NCBI RefSeq assembly: GCF_032062105.1
Contig: NW_026929032.1
Span: 248,001-312,000, forward strand
DNA: 64,000 bases
Source: Saccostrea cucullata
Lineage: Eukaryota
Direction: 5' to 3'
Part shown: piece after piece, positions 27,100-40,268 of the stretch
Numbering within the stretch: position 1 is the first letter of the stretch
Layout of the letters: each line of letters starts with the position of its first letter
Notes under the pieces: model-generated
Told to the model about the DNA's origin: nothing
Database searches by the model: none
Seen by the model: the letters and a program-made list of their open reading frames with translations, nothing else
Position numbers and translations under genes: made by a program

Positions 27100-27370
27100 A
27101 GTACAGAAAACTCAACGTTATTCTTATATAACACCATATATGAAAGGATATCCTCGATGCATTTATAGGAAGTCTTCGGAGACCAAGTCTTGCTACAAAC
27201 CGTAGGAATACGATACTCCTTTCTTATCGACTGGTTTTTATATTTGTATGAAACAGAATTTTTTCAGAAATTTCTACACTGGAAATCACTTGCAGTGGCT
27301 TTCAACTCGAACATTCAGGTATATCGACGATGACTATATTTTATTAATCATCAATAATCATTTCAATTCA
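27100..27370 (+). mobile_element. Penelope-like RT fragment, resuming at 29117-29340 after an insertion
   Basis: Decayed FGDQV..QTVGI...FLYLYETEFFQK...SLAVAFNS.FRYIDD...HFNS, resuming at 29117 as YVPLIYSRELDMKYTTD. Confidence 0.7.
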
Positions 27371-29113
27371 GGCCAAAATATAAAATACCTTTGTTTCCCC
27401 TAACGCGACTGACCCAACTAAATCGCGCCCACTGAAAAGATTTTTTTAAAAAAGATGATTCAATTTTTTTTTTTAATGTTAACCAAGTTTTATAAAATAC
27501 AATTTCATCAAAATCAGTTTTTATCAGAACGGCCGACATTGTTCTACTGTGATTTTCAAGCATTTGTTGGAAATGAAATGGCGCCCAGATATGATTACAT
27601 CTAGAATTAGTTCTTCATAAAACAATAGCGGCGTCTCAATCTTATGCCTTTAGCTAATTAGAATTCTTCACTCTTGAAACAATTCGATAATAAAATTACT
27701 TCTTAACTCCAAAATGCTCTAGAACCACTGCAGATCTCATGGCCCTCAAAAAAGTACATTGATTGTCTATAAGCAATGGAGGGTGATGGAAGGTTTGAAA
27801 AATATACTCGGATGTCCGGTGTTTGCGTATTTGAGAATCTTGTCTTTTTTATTTCGATTTATACAAATTTTGTAAACAAAATAAATGCATGCATTAAAAA
27901 ACATATCCCAACAAAAACCATAACAATCCGTCCCAGAGATAAGGCATTTATGAATAATTCTATTAGAAAACTAATGAGGAAAAGAAATCGTATACACAAG
28001 AAAGCAGTGAAAACTCAAAACCCTCAACACTGGGAACACTACCGCATTTTAAGAAACAAAGTAATTGATGAAATTAGAGCTTCACGAGATAGACTCAACC
28101 AAAAACTTACAGACCAAATAGATAAATCTATACCTCCTGGAAAATGGTGGAGAATAGTAAAGTCTTTATCCAAACAAAATAATAAAAGCAAACCACCACC
28201 ACCTTTAAAGTATCCTTTATAAACTAAAATATTATGGTATATCAGAACAAATTGTTAATTGGATTGAGAATTACTTGTCTGATAGAACTCAAAAAGTAGT
28301 TCTTGATGGCTTTTCATCAACTACTAGAGCTACTAATTCAGGTGTCCCTCAAGGGTCAGTCCTTGGTCCCTTTTTATTCTTATTGTATATTAATGACATA
28401 TCTGAAAAATTATCATGTCCTGTAAGGCTTTTTGCAGATGACACCTCTCTTTATGTCATAGTTGATGATGATATTATTAATTCTGCAAACATATTAACTA
28501 AGGATCTTGGACAAATAAGACAGTGGTCTAATATATGGGCAGTAGAATTCAATCCTTGTAAAACAGTCAATCTAGATTTTAGTAGGAAAAATATTTGCCA
28601 TCCAAAAATTAAGTTTGGTGAAGATGGGCCCACTATTAAAAATGTTGAAACACATACTCATTTAGGAATAAGATTTCAACAAGATGGACTTTGGAATAAT
28701 TTACCATTTAATATCCGAAACCTTTCTTCACTTACATCATTCAAGACTGCCATAAAGAATATATACTGCATAAAACCTAAGAAATATTATAATTATGGAA
28801 GTCGTAAAATGAATATATTGCATTGTCAGTTGCGAAATAATGCTAGTAATTTAAATGCTGACTTATTTATATAAATGTGCTCTGGATTGAGATATTTCAC
28901 AAGTTCAACTGCATAACAGTTGTGAATTAATTAAGCATGAATTTTGCTTTTAAATGGCATATGTACGTTTCTTATTTATAAAGGTACTTTTCCATTAAAT
29001 TTTAGAATGTATTTTAAAAGCTGTTGTCAGAAAAAATAGTTTACCTACCTACCGACCCAACTTGTCAATTTAAGGTCCGGTTAGAGGAAACAAAGATATT
29101 TTTAATTCTGGCT
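27371..29113. mobile_element. PIF/Harbinger-type non-autonomous element containing a LINE fragment
   Basis: Imperfect ~34-bp TIRs GGCCAAAATATAAAATACCTTTGTTTCCCCTAAC / GTTAGAGGAAACAAAGATATTTTTAATTCTGGCT, with 3-bp flanks TCA/ACA. Removing it restores continuity of the host RT. Confidence 0.7.
27776..28874 (+). mobile_element. CR1/L2-like LINE ORF2 remnant with internal deletions
   Basis: KKHIPTKTITIRPRDKAFMN...KWWRIVKS tether region; RT motifs SGVPQGSVLGPFLFLLYINDI and RLFADDT, WAVEFNPCKT, THLGI; then jumps to C-terminal LWNNLP...LHCQLRNNASNLNADLF. Confidence 0.85.
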
Positions 29114-29344
29114 ACATATGTCCCTTTGATATATTCCAGAGAACTTGATATGAAATATACCACTGATTATGCCAAATATGGCTCATACTTATTATGTTTT
29201 ACTCACTGTAGAAGACAAAGACAACTTTAAACTAAATTTTTTAACAAACGAGTGGGCTTCAACTTTTCTATCATCACCTTTCCTTATTTATGTATTAAAA
29301 TTCCGCTGTCACATGCATTTGATGTTGATGTCTCCCAATCTATA

Positions 29345-30100
29345 CGCTACAGGAGAGCATGGTCTGAGCTCAGTTCCTGTTATTAGCAGACCTTTTTTGG
29401 AATCATATGACGCAGAATTTGTCCAAAATCTTATATGTGAAAAAAAGAAACATTTTGTTTTGGCGTTTAACTTGACATTTAGATATATCGACGACGTATT
29501 GTCAATTGAATTGAAATGGTTATTTTCATTTTTATGTCGATACGATATATCCCGGTGAGCTCGAAATAAAAGATACCACAGAGTCGGACAAATCTGTTTC
29601 GAGTTTAGATATTTTACTTGAAAAGGACGTTTATGGTAATCTAACAAGCAAGATTTATGACGAACAAGCTGATGTTAACTTTTCAATCGTCAACTTTACT
29701 TAGTTATGCAGCATATATTTATTTATACCTTCATCACCTGCATACGGTGTTTATATCTCTCAGTTGATTCGATTCGATACCCAAGAGCATGGTCTACAAA
29801 TGAGAAATCGTTAAAACGAAGTAAGTTATTAATATACAAATTGCTGGAACAGGATATCAGCAGTCTCGTTTAAAGTCATCATTTCTTTAATGTTATAACG
29901 GTAGATACAATGCAAATACAATTTATCCTAGGACATTTTCCATTGTACATGAAATTGTTAGGCCAAAATATAATTATATATTACACATGGAATTGTCGAT
30001 GTATTTTTCTGATCATGACAAGGGCACAAGTCGGTTGTGGCCAGTGCCTTTCACCTGATCCCAACTCAGATTTTTGGAGGTCCACGTTTACTTTTATATA
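29345..30100 (+). mobile_element. Penelope-like RT fragment (second copy) with tail repeat
   Basis: FLESYDAEFVQNL...LAFNLTFRYIDDVLS...ELEIKDTTES...LDILLEKDVYGNLTSKIYD...NFSIVNF...PSSPAYGVYISQLIR, with frameshifts. Confidence 0.7.
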
Positions 30101-30159
30101 ATTTTGAATTGTTTAATGGACTTTTGGGCTTGAATGCTGTTCGCTATCTCCATATATTA

Positions 30160-30375
30160 CTATCAACCATTGCGTAGAGTAAGGATGTTATCCTACGTCG
30201 CAGGGTCGAATCCATTGTGCTACGTGGAGATCGATCCTTTGTTTAACCCAAGGTTTGGTTTTGCAGTAGGTGTTCGCACAAAAAAGATCCTTCACTGTTC
30301 AATGGCCCTACGTGAACAGTATAGGGGTGAATTTTCAATCATGCATCGGCAATTTTTGATGTCTTTTAGGAAGGA
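30160..30375 (+). mobile_element. Degenerate tRNA-derived SINE
   Basis: B-box-like GTCGCAGGGTCGAATCC, then AAAGATCCTTCACTGTTCAATGGCCCT...GTATAGG, which resembles the reverse of the 9.3-9.6 kb repeat. Confidence 0.45.
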
Positions 30376-32604
30376 ACGTTTCCAACATACATACGTAAAT
30401 TCTGTGGTTCGTTCTAATGACCTCTTTAATATAACCTAACATTGGGTCGTACATGGACAGATTTGTTTCATATACCAATACTTAGTCCCTTGGTTTTTGT
30501 TCTAAATTTGACTGCGGAATGTTCCGTTTACTTGATCAATGCATAGGGTCCACGACGGATGTGACTGGTCAGCAGGGGATGCTTACCCTTCCTAATCACC
30601 TGAGCAAACATTTAGAATTTTCTGGGCCTGTGTTTATGCCATGCTCACAGGCATTTTTTTTTTTTTTAGATCAATCGATTTTCTTAATCCTCACTTTTTT
30701 TCAATCCAGATTATTTTATTTTAAAAATGCATTTTTACTGAAAATTGAAGTTTCATAAATTAATGAACGACAACAGACACATACATATGATTAAAAATAT
30801 TTAGGTATCATCGGAACTTTATTGAACAAACGTCTTATAAAATCTGTAAAAGGGATTTTAAAGAAACGGAAAATCAATTTCAAGAGAAGTATTAAATATT
30901 TCGAGATAATTTTTCATTTATCAATACATGAAGAACATAGATATATATTTACGATTAACATTTCATTAAATTTAATCAACGTTTTCATTTTCTTCTTGTA
31001 AATAAAAAAGCTTCCAAATCTAGTAAATTAATATCACAGGGAAAATGAACTGTACTGTAATGATCAAACAAGCACTGATTTCACTGCTTTGGTTATAAAT
31101 AACAAGTGATCATTTAGTTTCAACTTTTATTCAAACAGATATTGTAAATGTCTTCATGGTCATATGTATACAAATAATCTCATAATTGCAATTCATTATG
31201 CAGTTGATAACAATATCTTTTTTTTTTAAAAATCCGTGTAAATATTAATACAAATAATTATCTAAACTGTAAATGAAGTCTAATTTTATTAAGTATATGG
31301 TACTTTAAGGCAGCACAATTTTTTGTATGAAAGAATAAAATAGGGTGTTTAAGAAAATATCTGGAAAAGCAGAGATATTTCATATCAATAATCATTGTAA
31401 AAGGTTAAAGAAAAAATATATCACATTGAGCAAAAAACTTCTTTTAGAAGTGTGCCTCACATTTCTCACATAAAATATAAAAATGTTTGACATAAATAAA
31501 TACAATACCATACAATACATTAAATACAATACAGGTATAAAATTCTAATCGTCGACGTTTTATTTTGATTTCTAGTACTTACACTGTATTTCAGGAACAT
31601 ACATTGATCGTATCATCTCGGATCTTATCGTCATAGGCCGGAAAAACAACATCGAATGTATAACATCACCGGATGTAAAAAGTGTATGCTTCTTCTTTAT
31701 CTAAATTAAGATAGACGGAGTTTAAAGTGTCTTCTACAGTATATTTTAGGTAACATCTTTACACTCAATAAAGTCAAACTCCATAGTCCACAGATAAGAG
31801 GTCTTTATTTATTTTAAAGTCTGTGAAAAGGGGAGTTGTCATGTAGTCTACGTAATACAGGTACATTCGAGGTTGTTTTTTCCAAAAATCGGAAAGGCCC
31901 GAGAAGTTGCGATTGGAATATACATATTTTTCGATTGATGCTTTTTATATTCATTTCATGAAAATAAAAAGAGAAATACGATACAAGCAGAATGTTTAGC
32001 GAGAACTTAACTGTGGTATTTCTAGCGTGAGCTCAATGATCAATTATACTGGATATCACTAACATTTTTCTGCATCGGTAGTAATAGCCATCTTCTTAAT
32101 ATTTAAAAAATATTACTTCTCATTACAAATAAATATATATATTTTTTTAAAGTCTGAATTTGATTAATAACGTCTCACTAAAATTTCCACTTATACAGTA
32201 TTATGTATATGAAAACAAAAAAGAAAAAATGATGAGATGTTTTGATAGCAAATAATAAAATGGCATACATTACGTATGACAGTGGTTAGTTTTATATGAT
32301 TATATGTCAAGTATATTATGCATAAGTAGTTGAGGAATCTAAAAGGTAGGTAAAATATCTTTTTAAAAACAATCATATACATGTATAGGAAATATAATTT
32401 TTCCCCGAGTCTTTTATACATAAAGCAATTCATTTGTATCACAAAATATAAATTTAACAATTAATCATGATATGTAGTTTTTTAGAAGACCTCAAAAAGA
32501 TCTAGTGCTTCTCGATAAAAACATCCATAAGACACATACATGTCACATTCACATCTGCTATAAATATTTTATGGAGGCATAAAAAACATTAATTTGAATA
32601 TAAT

Positions 32605-33372
32605 AAAATAGGGCCACATCGCTAATCTGAGCATTATGGCGAGGAAAAAAGCAAAAATCAGCCTATTATTGAAAAGCTGAACTGCACAAGTGGAACTGGC
32701 CTTTCCCTGAAAAGGAGAGAAGGAATGGTTTTAACATAATTGAATCTACACCAACTAAGGATTTTATACCGTGACTTTTCCCATTAAATTTTGAACTTTC
32801 ATTGTCGCCCCAATCTACCAACAGGGGTCATAATTTGAAAAAAAAAAAAACTTGAATCGACACCTGAAGATGTTTCCATATCAATATGACCAACCATGAC
32901 TTTGCTCTTCTTGAGAAGACTTTTGAAGATTTTTCTTACATATACTTCTATGTAAAGCTTTGATCGCTCATTGCAGATCTACCCTTTTATTATGATTTGG
33001 TTACGATATGAAAAAACTTGAAATTACACACTTGAAGATACTTTCAGATAAATATGACCAATCATTGTTTTGCTGTTCTTGAAAAAAACTTGATCATCCA
33101 TTGAAGCACCAAAATACTTTCATTTTTCACACCTGAAATATGGATAAATATGACAAATAATAGATTTGCTGTTTTTGAATAGAAAAATTTTGAAGATTTT
33201 TCCTATGTATTCCTATGTAAAACTTTGATCATATTTGTATATAAAAGTTTATATGAAATTGGTCGAGTAGTTCTACAGAGGAAGATGAAAATGTGAAAAG
33301 TTTATATGACAATGATGACAAGAACAATGATGACGACAGACAACGGACAAATTTTGGATCAGGTTAGCATAA
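32605..33372 (+). mobile_element. HINE-like element with degenerate ~160-bp satellite array (Cg170/HindIII-like)
   Basis: Terminus GGGCCACATCGCTAATCTGAGC; repeated TTGAATC(T/G)ACAC...TTCTTGAGAAGA...GATTTTTC...CTATGTAAA units; ends GACGACAGACAACGGACAAATTTTGGATCAG. The satellite name is from recognition. Confidence 0.65.
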
Positions 33373-33639
33373 AATATAAGAGAATTTTTAAAAAAAACTT
33401 TTTTTTTACCAAATATTCTACATCCCTGATAATCTTGAAAAATTGCAATATAAAATAGCCAAACTTTGGTTTTTATCTCAAACATAAACCAGTTACAGAT
33501 GCAGGTAAGACAAGGGATACAGACAACAGCAGTTAACAAAAAGGAAAGCATTGTTAACTTGGCACTTTGTGCCAGTGTAGATCAACTTGGTTAAAAAGTT
33601 TCTTTGGTTGTCGCAGATATATTGTTTTCATCATTTTCT

Positions 33640-36600
33640 TTACATCAGAATCTTTTCCATCCGTGCAAATTCCTTTGAAAAGAAATAAAGTAAGAAAATA
33701 AATGAGACAAATAAACATTAAGTGAACCTTCTCATACTCAGAGTCAAGGTCGGAATACTTACATTTGCATTTTTACTAGTTTCTTAATGAATTTCTTGAA
33801 AATCTTATCATGATCCAAAAGTTTGTGGAATTTCTCTCTAAAATTTTATCGTGATTTGATGAAAGCAAACAATAGGAATATTTATAATACAGAGTCATAA
33901 TGCAACAATATTGGAAAATGTCACCACGTTCCAATTTACAATAAGGTCAAAAGAGCTTTGTGAAAATGGACAGTTGTGAAACCTGGGGAAGACTTCGACA
34001 TAACGTCAAGTTTAGTATGTCACGTCACGTGATATATGTCACATCACGTTATAGGAGCACCTCATCTTCTCGTCCAGTTCGACTAAGTTATTCTAAAGAA
34101 TGATGCCATTTTCTCCATTTTTTTCTCAAGAAAGCCTGGGTTTACGATAAAGCAATTGTAATAATGCCATAAAATTCGTTTTCTATACATGTAACACATA
34201 GCGGTTTTATTCTTAAGTATTAAGAATTAAAATATTAATGAACGCGTTGATGCCCCCCCCCCCCGCATTTCCAATCATCCGTTTCTATGGCAACTGCCAT
34301 AGAGTTACTATCACAAATATTTAAATATTTTTTATTTTCAATATTCAACAAGTGTTTTTGTAATACCTTTGAAAATTTGTTCCTATACAAATCTATACGT
34401 AAGAGAGTCTAACATTTCTAATGTTTTGCTGAGCGGGCATAAAAAAATCGATGTTTTACCGCTGAGTGAGATGTTGAACCGGTCGATGAGATGTTGGACC
34501 GCTTACGTCACAGAATGGGTGGAGCTTAATCTCGTTTTCATTCGTTGTTGTTCAAAATTGATGATTTTTACATCACGGAAGACAGTACAAAATATATGTA
34601 TGTCAAAAAAAAAAGGAAGGGTAAAACAAAACATTTATTAACTTTTATTAAAAATGAAAACAATGACCTTGTGTGCCTAATGGCTTCAGGCAGACAATTC
34701 AAATGCTCCGACAAAATTTTTTTCAAATTTTCAATAAATGTTTAATATTCTCATTTGTAATTTTCAACCAATTTCACTTAGAAATAAATAAAATATGAAG
34801 AAATTCCACGAACTTTAAAGTGGATCAACCCTCGTATATTAACTTGCATGTTAAATGATCTTTATCATATAAACATTATAAAGCATTTAGATAGAAAGAA
34901 TGACATATTTTTAAATCTTCCCTCTTCTTCACTACCAAAAATATGACAAATTCATGTTCATATCCTAAAGATCCTGAATCATCAAAGAGTTTTATGACTT
35001 GTTTCTGCAGACTTGCATTTTAGCAGTCAAAATTTGTAACTAAATAACCAATGGCACCTAAATATTTTTTGAGCTTTCAATTTTAAATTGAATTAAAAAC
35101 ATTATGTCAATATGAAAGTTGTGCAATATTATATTACTTGAAAATTCTTAAAAAAGTGATTTGGGCCTGTTAAACTTTATTTTTTTGAATAAAAGCTTTT
35201 TGGATGATAATTTTGCTGGATCTGATAATTAAATGCTACTGGAAATATGGAAAATACAAATAACAATATGCTTGAGAATGTTTATTAAAAAGAAAACAAT
35301 GACCTTGTGTGCAATTTATCAACAATTCAAATGCTGACATTTTTTTCAAATTTTCAGGTTTATAGTTTGTGTGTGTGTTAGTTTGTCCTTGTGCAAAACA
35401 GATAGGACATAATTTTCACCCTGATCCACCTACTGATGTTATCAATGGATCATGTCTGCACTAGTACTGCCCCCAATATGTAGTTTAATAAGAAGTTTGA
35501 GCTTATTTCCACATTTTCAAATATATAAAATTTCATCATTACAAATCAAGATTGCCTAGTATGCAAAATTTTCACATTAATAAAACTAATTTTTTATTAC
35601 GTTGCCTTAATTAATTTTTTCAGTGAATGAACAATATCCGTGATTTGTCATTAAGATTAAACAAAGAGAAATCAAACAAGTATTCAAAAAACTTTGAGTT
35701 TGATAAGTACATGTGTATAATGCGGTAATATGTAAGTTAGTTATGTTTGTTTCATGCACTTTGTGCTGTTTGCTTTCTAAGCATAGTTAACACTGGCAGA
35801 TTTTTAATGACGATTTATCACATGTAGTATGCAGGAGGAGAAAATTTTTTAGTATATTCTAGCAAAGACTAAGCAAATCAGCACAATATCCCTACATACA
35901 TCAGGTTTTTATAGCCCTATACAGTGTAATAATCCTTGCTATATTCAGACTAGATTTTTTTTTCATATATTTTCTAGCATTAAAACATATAACATTCTCC
36001 AAAATATCTGAACGATCTCAAATAATTATTGGTTTACTTGTTCAAATAACCACAATTCCAATAAATAAAATTTAAATTATGTTACATCATTAAATGACAT
36101 CATTCATAATTTATACACTTTTTGATCAATTACAAGATTTGCCTATCAATAAATTTTGTTGACATTTTCAGTTTACAATTTTTTAGTTTACCAGTTAAAC
36201 ATGATATACGGAAATTTTAGAAAGGATTCAATTTAAGCCACTATCACTATAATTGAATACCACTCAAAATTCCTTCCATAAGCATTTGATTTCTAGGTAT
36301 TATAAAATTGATTAAATTACTTTTCTTAAAAAATATGTACCGAATTTTTAGGATAAATCACTTAATTCGTGATTCCCTCCAATTATTAATGTATGTAACA
36401 GATTAAAATGTACTTGAAAATAATACTGAGGTTTAACTAATGATATACCATATAATTAATACAATCAAAATCTTGATAAGATTGATGCATGTACATTGAT
36501 GTCATAAAAAGAGTGCAAAGAGAGATACAAACTTTTTCACCAGTCTGACACCAGAGTAAGCCACACAATGAGTATTGTTCCATTTTTCTGTATCCCTGTC

Positions 36601-39600
36601 TCTCATACAGGTGCTGGGCTCGATTGCTGGTCGCCACCCAAAGATATATAGCCTGTTAAATAAAGTGATATTCAATATACAAATATAGCCCTTTTTATGA
36701 GGTTGATCCATAGATATACCAACTTCACAGAATAGCATAACGACACCTGCTAAAAACCTGTTAAATAAAAGTGATATCCAATATAATTTTTTCTAAAAAT
36801 ATAAAATGACTAGAAAATTAAAGGCTTATGGTTGACAATGCTCACATAAATCTCTTGGTCCTAATATCAGAAGATTACTGAAATACATGTATTTTCCCAA
36901 CAGCAATAAATCTCCCTCATGGGGTGCTTTGTTTTTTAACAAAGCAAACCTACACTTTATCAGAAAGCTTTCATATACAAGTAAATTGTATTTTTCTGTC
37001 CAAATTCTTCTTGAGAAGAAGAATTAAATTTTGAAACATTGTATTCTATATAATTTAAATGGTGATTATTGCCTCACTCCCACATGATTTTTTTGATCTA
37101 CACTTTTAATGAAAGATATCATATAAATCAATTGTGTGGCCTAATGGTTTTCACATGTTGGAGAAATCTAAACATTTTTTTCTCTATATACAGTTGTATT
37201 TTTGTGTAAAATGTTGTCCACGTGGTACCCTCCTGATCCATGATAAAGACACGATGCATCAGAGAAATTTATTTAATCATCTTTTCTGACAAGCCAAATA
37301 AGAACAACTTTAAAATGTGACCACATTTTTAAGATTTTTAATTCTTCATTTCAAAAAGTAAAAGACTTCATTAAAGATTGATTTCCCTCAATCCAATGGG
37401 GCAATTTTTTAAAGACATTGTTGTGGCTCCTGGAGAAAAGGTCCAAAATGCTAAAAGTTTAAGATTACAAGAAAGACAGACAGAAATCAGACTCTCTTGG
37501 TTAACAAAAGCTCACTAATCAGCATGTTTCAGGTAAACAGTAGCGTTTTGAGAGAGAAACTATATTTTGTCATTGAAAAATATCTTAAAATACAGAATCG
37601 CATTTGGTTACTTTCCAAAATCAGAAATTATAAATTACTCTATTGCACAATCAACTGTAAATGATCTGAAAAACCACCTGAGAGATAAAAATGTTTACCC
37701 TACATCCTCTTCTTTTGGCATCTATTTCCGCCATTTCTAACAGGACCTTTCCTATTCCTCTACCTCTAAATCTGGCATCCACTGCTATGTGGTCTACATA
37801 ACATTTTCCTTGTGGAGTACCCTCATCTGAGAGGCCACAGTTAAGCCATAAAAACCTACAATATCAAGATTCAAGAAAGTGAACTGTATTGTATAAGTAT
37901 ATTGTATGACATTTGGCACTTGTATTAGGAAGAGGTATAACTCCTTAATCATACTTTTTTTCACATGCATTACAATAATTTACTTTTTGTTGTTTGAAAA
38001 AAATTACTTTGTTGTTTCAATTTGGCACACTTGATATAAAGTAATAAACAATAGGATTTGGAGTTGGGGGGGGGGTGAAAAGGCATAATAACTCTTTTCC
38101 AGGGCAAAGCCATTTAATAACCGAATGTTCGAATACTAGAGATTTTGAAGGGTGAAATAACAGTCAGGCAATATTTACGCTTTGACAATTTATGGTATTC
38201 GTTTCAGCTCTATCCACCACTGAGAATACATTAAAAACATTTAATGACTAATATTTAATGACAATTATAAACAAACATATATTTGATTAATCAAATTATA
38301 AAATATCATTGGACACCAAGGATTAAATATCATTAACTTCAAAAAGTGAATTAATATACAGAAGTCATTTGTACATTCTTACCCAATAGAATCTCTGCAT
38401 CCTAACTGAGGCATGTCCTGGTCCCTATCTCTATAAGAGAAAAAATAATGTAAGTAATATTTCTAATTTACAATATTATTGTGGTCCAGGATCACTAAAA
38501 AGAGAGAAGTTTGCATCTTTTTAATATACATTATACCAGCAAATACTATTTAATATCTCACCTATAATTTTCCTTAATCAAATTTTGATATCTAAAAGGT
38601 GATTAAGATTTCACGTCCTCCATAAATGGATTACCAATTATATATGCATGATCATGAATTTGGATTATCAACTTTCTGAATCATTTTCTTCAGGTTCATG
38701 ACCATTTGCCAAACATTTTGATAGACCTCTTTTTATTATAAAACAATATTTTTCATTTTTTACAGGAAAATTAAAATAATTTACTTTTTGTTGTTTGAAA
38801 AAAATTACTTTGTTGTTTCAATTTGGCACACTTGTTAAGAGAACAGAATACATTAAAAACATTTAATGACTAATATTTAATGACAGTTATAAAACAAACC
38901 TATATTTGATTAATCAAATTATAAATATTATCAGTGGATAATTTTTTGTTGTTAAGAATGTCAAAGAAATCAATCACTTCAAAAATTTCTAATTATACAC
39001 TGAATAGAGTCACTTTGTAAATTCAAATGTGCTCCAAAACAAATTCAGATGATCCTAAATGAAACAAGTGCTGTCCTTTAAAAAAGGAAAAAATAATGTA
39101 CCATAATGTATTTCTAATTTACAATATTATTCAAGACAATTTCCAGGTTTAGTGAATAAAGAGAGAAGTTTGATCTTTTTAATATACATTATGACTGCCA
39201 AATAGCAAAATGTTAAATATCTCACCTATATATTTTGTCATTTTTAAAAATTTATGATATCTAAAAGGTGATTAAATTTTTGTAAGTAAACGTCCATTAT
39301 CCTAAATGGCAAAAAAATTACCATTTGTATATAGACCCATGATCATGAATTTGGATTATGCCCCCCCCCCCCCCAACTTTCTGAATCATTTTCTTCAGCA
39401 CTGTTAAATGACCATTTGCCATACATTTGGGATAGACACTCTCTTTTTGTTATAAAACAAATTTTAATATAAAATATTAGGTCATTTTTTACAGTAAGAC
39501 TATAAAAAAATATTTTTCAGCCCCCTTTATCACCATATGGAAAACACAAGCTACAGGCCTCTCTCTCGCTATACTATATTGCTGTATATGAAGTCTTTTT

Positions 39601-40268
39601 CATAATATAATGCACAAAACAAATGCCGATAAAGACAATTTTTACTTTTAAAATGCATCTGCCATAGAATTAAATAAATAAATACGATAAAAAAAATGCG
39701 AAATACTTCAAAAGCACAAATATTCATGGAGGGGGGATAATTTTTTTTAAATTTTGTTGTTAAGAATTGTCAAAGAAATCAAATCCCACAAGAAATTTCT
39801 ATATGACTATATACTGAATAGAGTTACTTTCAAAAAAAAAAAAAATAAATCAAATGTGCTCACGAAACTAATTCAGATGAGAAATAAATGAAATGATATC
39901 CCCACAAAAATTTTCCTCTCATAATATGTTATCAATTTTGAATTTATTTTCAAAATTTCAATTTTGCATTGTAAAGTTTTTCTGTACACTCAGATGTTTC
40001 AAACATGTTTTAAAATGCTTTATCATGTTTATGGGCTCTACTATAATATTGAAACAGACATACAAAAAGCAATTTATCCATACCTGTTTTTGCTAGTAGC
40101 ATGAAGAAATTTTCCTTTAAATGCTTCAACCATTAATCTACCACTAAATTCACAATCTGCGTCTGTGTCTTGTAAATTTCTTACGGTAACTGGGTCCCGC
40201 TGTAAAAGTACAGTTCCAGTGTTAATCTGCCCCAGTCATACCGGCTGTTGTGTAGTTACAAAATCCAT
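33640..40268 (-). CDS. GNAT-family N-acetyltransferase, disrupted as assembled; exons 40084-40268, 38383-38430, 37699-37855, 36533-36652, 33640-33672 (probable 5' UTR exon ending at 40544; one exon probably missing)
   Basis: Motif A CYVDHIAVDARFRGRGIGKVLLEMAEIDAKRRGCR, motif B AIYLWVATSNRAQHLYERQGY, terminal EFARMEKILM*. All splice phases are compatible. In-frame TGA at codon 11 (40236-40238); the usual beta2-beta3 segment is absent. Confidence 0.8.
36820..37540 (+). mobile_element. Degenerate HINE-like element with Cg170-like repeats in a GNAT intron
   Basis: GACAATGCTCAC start, CTACACTTTATCAGAAAGCTTTCAT...TTCTTGAGAAGAAGA units, GACAGACAG...AAAAGCTCAC end. Confidence 0.5.
37970..39500. repeat. 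Imperfect tandem duplication (~37970-38765 vs ~38770-39500), partly interleaved with sequence from ~39740-39900
   Basis: ATAATTTACTTTTTGTTGTTTGAAAAAAATTACTTTGTTGTTTCAATTTGGCACACTTG and several later blocks occur twice; the second copy alternates with TTGTTGTTAAGAAT..TCAAAGAAATC...CTGAATAGAG...CAAATGTGCTC...AATTCAGATGA. Confidence 0.75.

Noticed and set aside
34640-35360. Two ~80-100 bp diverged direct repeats about 640 bp apart (also a similar pair at ~8530 and ~8960)
   Set aside because: No LTR termini, TSD or internal coding; probably old local duplications.
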